NCBI GenBank assembly: GCA_964411565.1
Contig: CAYPLB010000001.1
Span: 106,839 to 170,838 of the forward strand
Source of the DNA: Candidatus Woesearchaeota archaeon
GTDB taxonomy: Archaea; Nanobdellota; Nanobdellia; SCGC-AAA011-G17; GW2011-AR17
DNA length: 64,000 nt
Direction: 5' to 3'
A model generated the notes under the pieces. It saw only the letters and a program-made list of their open reading frames with translations, did not search any database and was not told the origin of the DNA. Position 1 is the stretch's first letter; the number at the start of each line of letters is the position of its first letter. Positions 57,076-64,000 of this stretch are shown one piece after another. Made by a program: the position numbers and the translations under genes.

Positions 57076-57627
57076 ATGTACGAGAGAAGAGATAAGTTTT
57101 ATGAAAAAGCTAAGAAAGCAGGATATAGAGCTAGGTCTTCATACAAATTAATAGAAATTCAAAAAAAATATAATCTAATTAAAAAAAATGATGATGTGTT
57201 AGATATTGGTTGTGCTCCAGGTTCTTGGTTACAAGTTGTGAAAAAATATACCAAAGGAAAGATTGTTGGAGTTGATATTGTTCCAATGAAAAAAGTTTCT
57301 GGAGTTAAATTTATTAAAGAAGATGTTAGAGAAATTAAATTTAGTGAGAAATTTGATGTTGTTATTTCTGATATTGCTCCAAAAACAACAGGAAGTAGAG
57401 AAGAAGATCAATTTTTGTCTTATGAACTATCAAGAGAAAGTTTTTTGGTCGCTAAAAAGAATTTGAAGAAGAAAGGAAATTTTTTAGTGAAAACATTTCA
57501 ATCTCAAGATACAGAAGAATTAGTAAAAGAAATGAAACCTTTTTTTGGTTTTTTAAAGAGATATGTGCCAAAGAGTACAAGACAAAGTTCTAAGGAATTG
57601 TATATTATAGGGTTAGGATTTAAATAA
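57076..57627 (+). CDS. rlmE: 23S rRNA Um2552 2'-O-methyltransferase (FtsJ/RrmJ)
   Basis: GYRARSSYKL, LDIGCAPGSW, ISDIAP, FLVKTF, STRQSSKELY. Confidence 0.95.
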   Translation: MYERRDKFYEKAKKAGYRARSSYKLIEIQKKYNLIKKNDDVLDIGCAPGSWLQVVKKYTKGKIVGVDIVPMKKVSGVKFIKEDVREIKFSEKFDVVISDIAPKTTGSREEDQFLSYELSRESFLVAKKNLKKKGNFLVKTFQSQDTEELVKEMKPFFGFLKRYVPKSTRQSSKELYIIGLGFK

Positions 57628-57659
57628 ATTTTATAAATAGATAATTTTTCTTTGTGTAG

Positions 57660-58019
57660 ATGAAAGTTGAAAATTTAAATTTAGGACAAGAAGTAAGGAT
57701 AAAACATATTGAAGAGAATGAATATCAAAAAGCAAGATATGTAGGTTTATTTGGACAACAAGACCAATTGGCTACTTTTATTTGGAATAGTGAAAGGAAA
57801 GATTTTATTGATGGAGTAAGAGCCTATATGGATCAAAATTTTAAAATTCATAAAGAAAATGATGCTGTTTTTGTTGAATATGGAAAAACCAGTAATTGGG
57901 AAGGAGTTAGTAGAACTTTAGGTACAGTTTATTATTTCTCAGATTTTTTACAAGGGGAAATTAGGAATTTGGAAAAATTCGCAGAGAGAGAGTATAATTC
58001 ATTATTAGCTTTTTTGTAA
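57660..58019 (+). CDS. Hypothetical protein
   Basis: ORF with a TATA box about 24 nt upstream. Confidence 0.6.
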   Translation: MKVENLNLGQEVRIKHIEENEYQKARYVGLFGQQDQLATFIWNSERKDFIDGVRAYMDQNFKIHKENDAVFVEYGKTSNWEGVSRTLGTVYYFSDFLQGEIRNLEKFAEREYNSLLAFL

Positions 58020-58033
58020 ATCTTTTGATTTTT

Positions 58034-58056
58034 CTGAAAATCTTTCAGTTTTTTCT
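58034..58056 (+). terminator. Possible terminator: short hairpin followed by a T tract
   Basis: CTGAAAATCTTTCAG followed by TTTTTT just after the 58019 stop. Confidence 0.35.
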
Positions 58057-58150
58057 TGTAAAGTTTTTTTAAATTGTTTTTGTTATTATAGTTTGAGAGT
58101 TTTTTTGCTGTTTTTGTTGATATAGCGAGAGCTTTCTTAGGAGGTGTAAG

Positions 58151-58684
58151 ATGAGTTTAGAATCTGAGATTATTAAGGAAATTGAAAATAAAGGATGGGA
58201 TATAAGTTATAATGGTGAAACTGTTGAAAATATTTATGGACAAGAATTTGAAGTTAATTTTGAGAAATCTGATGGTTTTTTTAGTTTAGGTGGCTATATT
58301 GATCCATTAGGAAAGAAGATTGTTATAAAAGATCCTGATCCACAATATGTTGCTTTGACACAAGCAGATTCAAGAGGAGATTTGATGGCGCAAACTTTAG
58401 CACATGAATTAGGACATGCAGATTCATATTGGGTTTCATATGGATTGAGTGCTTTGATTATAACATTAGGTGTGCAACAAGCAGTTAGTAATAAATCAGT
58501 AAAACCATTAGCTTATGCAGGAGTTACATTTGTAGGTTGTAGATTGCTAGTTGATGAAGTTATTGCTGAAGCTTTTGCTTGTGCTTTTCATGATGTGCCA
58601 TTTTTTAGAAGCGCATATTTAGGTCTACCAAGTATAGCAGGGTCTGCATCAGAAGTTTGGAATGGAATCCAGGGACTTTTTTAG
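58151..58684 (+). CDS. Putative zinc metallopeptidase (HExxH) with hydrophobic segments
   Basis: TLAHELGHA and downstream DEVIAE; GGAGGTG ribosome binding site. Confidence 0.65.
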   Translation: MSLESEIIKEIENKGWDISYNGETVENIYGQEFEVNFEKSDGFFSLGGYIDPLGKKIVIKDPDPQYVALTQADSRGDLMAQTLAHELGHADSYWVSYGLSALIITLGVQQAVSNKSVKPLAYAGVTFVGCRLLVDEVIAEAFACAFHDVPFFRSAYLGLPSIAGSASEVWNGIQGLF

Positions 58685-59007
58685 TTTCTTTTAGGAAGAA
58701 TTAAATTTAAGTTGAAGGTTTTTATTAGACTTTCAACAAATTGTTCACCTTTTTGAGTAATATAATACTCAACCCTTAAAGGTTGTTCAATTAAAATCTT
58801 TCTCCCAATTAAACCAATTTCTTCTAAATGTTTTAATTTGTTTGATAGAACCTTTGGAGTTATTTTATTTACTCTTTTATTAAGTTGGTAGAAGTTTATA
58901 GATCCATATGCATAAATTAATAATAAAAGTAATACAATCCATTTTCCAAAGATAGTATCTAGATGGATTACCTTCTTAATTATTTGTGATATATTGGCCT
59001 CTAACAT
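58681..59007 (-). CDS. HxlR family winged-helix transcriptional regulator
   Basis: GKW...ITPKVLSNKLKHLEEIGLI.R......PLRVEYYITQKG. Confidence 0.9.
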   Translation of the reverse strand: MLEANISQIIKKVIHLDTIFGKWIVLLLLLIYAYGSINFYQLNKRVNKITPKVLSNKLKHLEEIGLIGRKILIEQPLRVEYYITQKGEQFVESLIKTFNLNLILPKRN

Positions 59008-59079
59008 AGAGTATTTTATGGGTTTTTTATTATATAAAAGTATGTTATCACTAAGAAGTTTAAGGGTTTAAAAAGGAAA

Positions 59080-59997
59080 TTATAGGATTTTTATGTCTAA
59101 GCAAACTCTAAGCTTTCCTGGACCATATTGACCACATTTTGCAACTTCTAAAACTTTAAACCTTTTTATGTGTTGTTTTATTGTCTCAATAGATCTTTTT
59201 GGAATATCTTTTTCACTTAGAAAATCGTAAAAGTGGATTGTTCCATTCTTTTTTAGTAATTTTTTTGCATTGTCTAAAAAGTCTTCAGCAGACTTTGGTA
59301 AAGGCATTAATATTCTGTCAAATTTTTCTTTGTGAGAGAAAGTTTTTGCATCTTCATTGTATAATTCTATATTAGGATATTTTTTGCAATTCTCAATAGC
59401 ATATTTGTGACCAATAGGATTTTTTTCTACAGCAACAATTAGTTTAGGGTTTGAATGTTTTGCAATTACTAAAGGATATGGAGCTACTCCAGAAAATAAT
59501 ACTAATACTTTTTCATTATCTTTGACTTGTTTTGCTACTCTTAATCTTTCAGTGCTTAATCTTGGAGAAAAGTAAACTTTTTCAGGGTTTAATTTCATTT
59601 GTATTCCATTTTCTCTGTGAATTGTTTCTTTTCTTTTCTCGCCAGCTATATGTTCTAGTTTTAATGTTCTGAACTCTCCAGAATAATTTCCTTTTCTTCT
59701 TAATACAACTTTAATATTTGATCTTTTTAATATTTCTTTAGCATCAGATTTTTTTGCTTCTTGAGATAAAATAACTATGTCACCAACTAAGTCATAAGAA
59801 CTAGATTCAATATTTGATCTTTCAATTTTTTCACATTTTTTTTGTACAATATTTAAACCTTTGATTTCTTTTGTAAGAGGGAAATATATGAACTGTTTGG
59901 TAACTAAAGCTTTGTAATCTCTTGAAAGAACCTTAGCTTTGATTAGTTTTTGTTTTAATTTTTCTGCATCTTTCTTCAGCGTTTTAGCGCATTTCAT
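59080..59997 (-). CDS. trm5: tRNA (guanine37-N1) methyltransferase Trm5/Met-10 family
   Basis: YDLVGDI, GEFR, TIHRENG, VYFSPRLSTER, FSGVAPY, DRILMPLP, IHFY. Confidence 0.9.
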   Translation of the reverse strand: MKCAKTLKKDAEKLKQKLIKAKVLSRDYKALVTKQFIYFPLTKEIKGLNIVQKKCEKIERSNIESSSYDLVGDIVILSQEAKKSDAKEILKRSNIKVVLRRKGNYSGEFRTLKLEHIAGEKRKETIHRENGIQMKLNPEKVYFSPRLSTERLRVAKQVKDNEKVLVLFSGVAPYPLVIAKHSNPKLIVAVEKNPIGHKYAIENCKKYPNIELYNEDAKTFSHKEKFDRILMPLPKSAEDFLDNAKKLLKKNGTIHFYDFLSEKDIPKRSIETIKQHIKRFKVLEVAKCGQYGPGKLRVCLDIKIL

Positions 59998-60091
59998 AGT
60001 ATTATATAAGAAAATGAGAGTTTAAAAGCCTTTTTGGATTATGAGGTAGAAAACTGAAATCTTTAAATATTAGGTCTTTTTGAAGTTTTTT

Positions 60092-60583
60092 ATGAATCCA
60101 TTATTATTATTACCATTTGTTAGCATGGCTGAAGCATATGATCCTAAAGATATTAGTGCTATTGTTATTGATGAAGCTTTTAAAGATGGAACTTATGAAG
60201 ATAGTTTAGATTCTAGAGAATATAGGATCGATAAATTTTCTGAACAAAATATGCAATATTTTGGGTGGTTTAAAATTCCTGTATATTTAGATGAAATTGT
60301 TTATACTGATAAAGAGAATAATGGATTGTCTGAAGGAGATAAATTAAGTTATAATTTTAGATTTGTTGTAGGAGGAAGGAATATGTATTTTTCATTTGAA
60401 GACCATTTTCATAGCTCTGAAGGATTGTATGCAACTTGTGTTTATACTGATTTACCAGAAAGTAAATGTGTTACTGTTGCAGATTTTAATCAGTTTGGAG
60501 AAACTTCTTCTTTGATTTATCAGACTACAGAGCTATATAGAGAAAAGGTTGGAAGTCTATTTGAAAAATTATCTTCTCCTTAA
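60092..60583 (+). CDS. Hypothetical secreted protein
   Basis: MNPLLLLPFVSMAEA signal-like N-terminus; TATA box about 25 nt upstream. Confidence 0.6.
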   Translation: MNPLLLLPFVSMAEAYDPKDISAIVIDEAFKDGTYEDSLDSREYRIDKFSEQNMQYFGWFKIPVYLDEIVYTDKENNGLSEGDKLSYNFRFVVGGRNMYFSFEDHFHSSEGLYATCVYTDLPESKCVTVADFNQFGETSSLIYQTTELYREKVGSLFEKLSSP

Positions 60584-61687
60584 TGGATATATTACATTTG
60601 CACTTTGTCTAGGTGGCCTTTGTGCTTGGAATGTTTCTAAATCTTCTTCTAACCAAGAACTGGATTCTTCACTCCAATGAGGTGGAGCATTACTTTTACC
60701 ATTAATTTCATTATGGAAATATTCGTTGTTATAGTACATCCAAATGTCTACAGTAGGATAATCATGATATTTGAAATAATAATAAGGGATACTTGAGGAA
60801 TCTACTTCCATGTAACCAGTTTCATCGTAATAGTTTCCAGCAGTTGCTTCAACATCAAACCATCTTCCATCTTCATATACTTGTACCCATGCATGACCAC
60901 CAACAGTCCCATCAAAATTTACAGTTCCAAGGACAACTCGAATATTTTCTGTATCATAACCATCTGCAATTAATACTGAAACTAATGTATTAGCTTGTTC
61001 TTCACAGTCACTTGCAGTTAAACCTAAAGGATTGGTGTCCAAACTTGCTGTAATTGTTAAAAAGTTTTCAGGGAATAACCATTTTTCTTCTTCACCAAAT
61101 AACATAGAATCTGACATCCAAACCCAATCTAAGGATTCAGCATATATTTCTTCTATTCCATCAAGTTCATCAGCTAATTCTTGAACTGCATCAGAGTCTG
61201 GAGTAATGTAAAGTTGGTATGGAGATATTATGCCACCAGGCCAGTCAATTTCTGGATTTTCTTCTTCAAGTAATCTCTGTAATTCCTCTCTGTCAATAAT
61301 GTCTCTTTGTATAACTGTTCTATCTAAATTTAAGTTTTTAATTTTTTCATCTCTTGCTGAATTTAAATCTTGTTTTAAGTCACTAATCATTGTTTTAATA
61401 TTATGGCCTTTAGCAAGTTCTAATACACAAGAATTTGAACTTAAGTATTCATAGTCAGAATCTGTTCCATCTGAGCCAATAATAATAAATTCATCATTTT
61501 CAATAGTAATTTTAACTTCACCTGGTACTAATGATTCCCATTCACAACTTTTGTCAAATTTTATTACAATTGGTTCTGTTGTATTATAAAAAGTTAAATA
61601 TAAAGATGTAGCTAGTGCTAGTAATAATATAATAGTGATTGTAAAAATTATAGTTTTTCTTAAAGCTCTTTTAGTGGCCTTTTTCAT
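60569..61687 (-). CDS. Membrane-anchored transglutaminase-like cysteine protease
   Basis: N-terminal TM helix; triad motifs SDCEEQA, GHAWVQV and WFDVEAT. Confidence 0.85.
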   Translation of the reverse strand: MKKATKRALRKTIIFTITIILLLALATSLYLTFYNTTEPIVIKFDKSCEWESLVPGEVKITIENDEFIIIGSDGTDSDYEYLSSNSCVLELAKGHNIKTMISDLKQDLNSARDEKIKNLNLDRTVIQRDIIDREELQRLLEEENPEIDWPGGIISPYQLYITPDSDAVQELADELDGIEEIYAESLDWVWMSDSMLFGEEEKWLFPENFLTITASLDTNPLGLTASDCEEQANTLVSVLIADGYDTENIRVVLGTVNFDGTVGGHAWVQVYEDGRWFDVEATAGNYYDETGYMEVDSSSIPYYYFKYHDYPTVDIWMYYNNEYFHNEINGKSNAPPHWSEESSSWLEEDLETFQAQRPPRQSANVIYPLRRR

Positions 61688-61711
61688 TGGTAGAAAATAT
61701 TTATTTTGAAT

Positions 61712-62290
61712 TTATAAAGTTTTAGAAAGATGTTCTGTGCAGTTAAAAAGCTCCATTTGTTTGTTGTTGATTATTGTTAAGGAAGTGTTATCGGTTAAAT
61801 ATTCTCTGTATTCTTCTATAGGTATGTTGAGTAAATGAAGGATTGAACATATTATTGAACCTCCATGCCCAACAATTAAAATGTTTTTATCTGGTAGTTC
61901 TTTGTAAAATTGTGAAATTTTTGGTAGACAATCTAAGTAATTTTCTCCACCTTCAGGTCTAAAGTAACAATAAAGTATATTTTGTTTGTTTAATTCTTTG
62001 TAGAAATGTTTACGTTTCATACCTTCATATTTGCCTTTTGACATCTCTCTTAGTTCCTTTTTTTGATTTAATTTAATATTTGGATGAAATTTTAAGATCT
62101 CTTTAGCAGTTCTTGAAGCTCTTTGTAAATCACTAGAAAAAGCTAAATCAAATTTTAGATCTTTTAGTCTGTTTGCAATTGCTTTTGCTTGTTCTATACC
62201 TTTTTCAGTTAAAGGAGAATCTAGTTGACCTTGTGTGATGTCATTTTTATTAGCTTCAGATTGTCCATGTCTTACCAAGAAAAGTCTCAT
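61712..62290 (-). CDS. Histidine phosphatase (phosphoglycerate mutase family)
   Basis: LVRHGQS, SSDLQRA, LRE, GGEN, VGHGG. Confidence 0.93.
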   Translation of the reverse strand: MRLFLVRHGQSEANKNDITQGQLDSPLTEKGIEQAKAIANRLKDLKFDLAFSSDLQRASRTAKEILKFHPNIKLNQKKELREMSKGKYEGMKRKHFYKELNKQNILYCYFRPEGGENYLDCLPKISQFYKELPDKNILIVGHGGSIICSILHLLNIPIEEYREYLTDNTSLTIINNKQMELFNCTEHLSKTL

Positions 62291-62342
62291 AATATTTTGA
62301 AAAGTAGTAATATTTTTAAAGATTTGTTGCTTTTAGATAAGG

Positions 62343-62669
62343 ATGGTAGATGAAATTGTTACAAAAAATATTGAATTTCTTAGAAAAAATTTAAGTAAAT
62401 TTGTAAGATCTTCAGCAATGACAGGTCAAATGTATAAAGGATATAATATAATGAGCTATACTGTTTTTTATGATGAGAATGGTAGTTTTAAAAATAATAT
62501 TACTGAAGGAAAGAATAGTGTTTCTATGAAAATAGCTTTAAGTGATGTGAGCCCAAAGGCAAAATTATATCTTTTTGATTTCAAAGTTCCATTTTTTCCT
62601 TGGAAAGTAGGAAGAAAAGTTAAGGAAAGTTTGAATTTATATAATCAATTAGATGGTTTTAAACCCTAA
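62343..62669 (+). CDS. Hypothetical protein
   Basis: ORF with upstream TTTTTAAA; 4-nt convergent overlap with fen. Confidence 0.55.
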   Translation: MVDEIVTKNIEFLRKNLSKFVRSSAMTGQMYKGYNIMSYTVFYDENGSFKNNITEGKNSVSMKIALSDVSPKAKLYLFDFKVPFFPWKVGRKVKESLNLYNQLDGFKP

Positions 62670-63664
62670 AACCATTTTTTTAGTGTAGAATTTTCTTTTT
62701 CATTTATTTTTGAAAGAGTTTTATCAACTCTCTCTTCTGAAAAATCATGTCTCTCAATTAAAATCTCTTTTATTTTCTCAGGATCATATTTTTGTTCTTT
62801 AGGTTTTTCATCTTCAACAGGTATATTTTTGAAAATGTTTAATATCTCTTCCCAATCAAAGTCTGTTTCAAGTTCGTCAAATATTCTTTCAAACTTTTTT
62901 CCAGATTGTAATAATTTCAAAGCTTTCTTTGGACCAATTCCTTTGATCCCTTTTGGATTGAAATCTGTACCAACCATAATTCCTAAGACAATTAATTCTT
63001 CTTGGTTTAATTCTAATTTTTCTAATAATTCATTTAGTTCAATTAATTGAGGAAATACTGGGATAGATCTTCCTTGGAATCTTCTTGTTTTTGCTAGAGT
63101 TAAGTTTTGAATTAATCTTGGTGATCCGAAAAGTAAAGTGTCAAAATCTTGAGAAGCAGTTGCCCAAACTATTTTCTTTTTACACATGTGTGAACATTGT
63201 GCTTCTGCCTCTGAAGGAGCTTGTACTGTAGGTAAACCTAAGGCATTAAGTAATTCCTTTGATTCTTCAATCATATCTTCGTTCAAGGCAGAAAGCTGTC
63301 TAGAATATTTGTGCATTTGTTCGAAGTCTTCTTCTTCTTTTGCATGAATATATTTCTCTTTTGCTTTTGCTTTAGCCTTTCTTCTAATAACCCTGACATT
63401 TTCCTTTAATTCTGGAGCTTCACCATCAAATACAAATATTGGAGTAATTCCTTTTTGCATTAAATTAGGTACTCTGGAAAATAAACCTAGTAAATGTGAA
63501 GTAACATTGCCATCATCGTCAGTTAAAGGTGCACCATCTTGTTGTCTTATTGAACTAAGAAATTGAAAAATTACATTTTGAGCATCAACTGCAAGTTTTT
63601 TTCCATTTAATTGATCCCATTTTAATGGTTTTTTTTCAACTAAATCTGTAAGTTTGATTCCCAT
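62666..63664 (-). CDS. fen: Flap endonuclease-1
   Basis: MGIKL, AVDA...FQFLSSIRQ.DG, FVFDG, APSEAEAQ, SQDFD, GTDFN, GIGPKKA; C-terminal PIP-like STLKKWF. Confidence 0.97.
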   Translation of the reverse strand: MGIKLTDLVEKKPLKWDQLNGKKLAVDAQNVIFQFLSSIRQQDGAPLTDDDGNVTSHLLGLFSRVPNLMQKGITPIFVFDGEAPELKENVRVIRRKAKAKAKEKYIHAKEEEDFEQMHKYSRQLSALNEDMIEESKELLNALGLPTVQAPSEAEAQCSHMCKKKIVWATASQDFDTLLFGSPRLIQNLTLAKTRRFQGRSIPVFPQLIELNELLEKLELNQEELIVLGIMVGTDFNPKGIKGIGPKKALKLLQSGKKFERIFDELETDFDWEEILNIFKNIPVEDEKPKEQKYDPEKIKEILIERHDFSEERVDKTLSKINEKENSTLKKWF

Positions 63665-63749
63665 GTAGGTTTTCTAGAGTTAAGGGTATAAAAAGTTTTT
63701 GTGTTTAGATTGATAAGTTTTATAAATTCAGTAAGTCATAATATAAATC

Positions 63750-64000
63750 ATGGATAAATTAACTCTTATATTTAGTGATATTGAAGCTGGTGGTGGAACT
63801 ACAACTGATGATTTAGTAGAAGAAGATCTTTTGTGTCAAGTTATTAGAAATAATTTTTCTTATGCTAAGGAATATCCTACAGATCTTGTTTTGAATGGAG
63901 ATATTTTTGATTTTATGAAAAGTCCATATAAGAAAGAGTATCCTAGACATATTACCGAAAATATTTCTTTGTGGAAATTAGAAAGAATTGCTAAAGCACA
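63750..64000 (+). CDS. Calcineurin-like metallophosphoesterase; partial, runs off the window
   Basis: Hand translation MDKLTLIFSDIEAGGG...DLVLNGDIFDF. Confidence 0.65.
   Translation, partial: MDKLTLIFSDIEAGGGTTTDDLVEEDLLCQVIRNNFSYAKEYPTDLVLNGDIFDFMKSPYKKEYPRHITENISLWKLERIAKA

Noticed and set aside
1..64000. tRNA, rRNA, prophage or IS elements
   Set aside because: No GC-rich structured RNA segment, integrase, transposase or virion gene was recognised, and intergenic spaces are mostly under 130 nt

Overview
A very AT-rich, gene-dense archaeal chromosome segment. FEN1, Trm5, MBF1, a METTL5-like protein, AglQ and BRE/TATA promoters with mostly leaderless genes mark it as archaeal; the compact style suggests a DPANN lineage such as Woesearchaeota, which is inference. 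Positions 1-52 kb form a large cell-surface glycosylation region. It contains a sequon-saturated S-layer-like protein, five GT-C fold membrane glycosyltransferases, four polyprenyl-phosphate sugar synthase-type GT2s, three GT4s, flippases, methyltransferases, two B12-binding radical SAM enzymes and Gmd. Two unusual metabolic operons are embedded in it. (A) 19.5-25.0 kb: an NTP-transferase/SerK-like ParB-Srx kinase/NTP-transferase triple fusion, a DUF711 protein, a phosphoethanolamine-methyltransferase-like/CDP-alcohol phosphotransferase fusion, and AglQ. I read this as a candidate serine-to-phosphocholine (or related methylated phospho-head-group) pathway and it is the top finding. (B) 26.6-35.7 kb: ROK kinase, HAD phosphatase, SdhL-type shikimate dehydrogenase homologue, KdsC-cupin fusion, NTP-transferase-kinase fusion, GmhA and split transketolase, a candidate non-canonical heptose/heptitol pathway. 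Toxin-antitoxin modules with visible operator repeats (MNT-HEPN, RelBE, RHH plus a PIN remnant), a divergent Ser/Thr kinase and two genes broken by single in-frame stops are interspersed. Positions 52-64 kb are mostly housekeeping genes, including a HerA-like ATPase with two LAGLIDADG inteins in Walker A and Walker B. I saw no rRNA, tRNA, CRISPR array or transposase. All family assignments come from motif recognition by eye, with no database searches.
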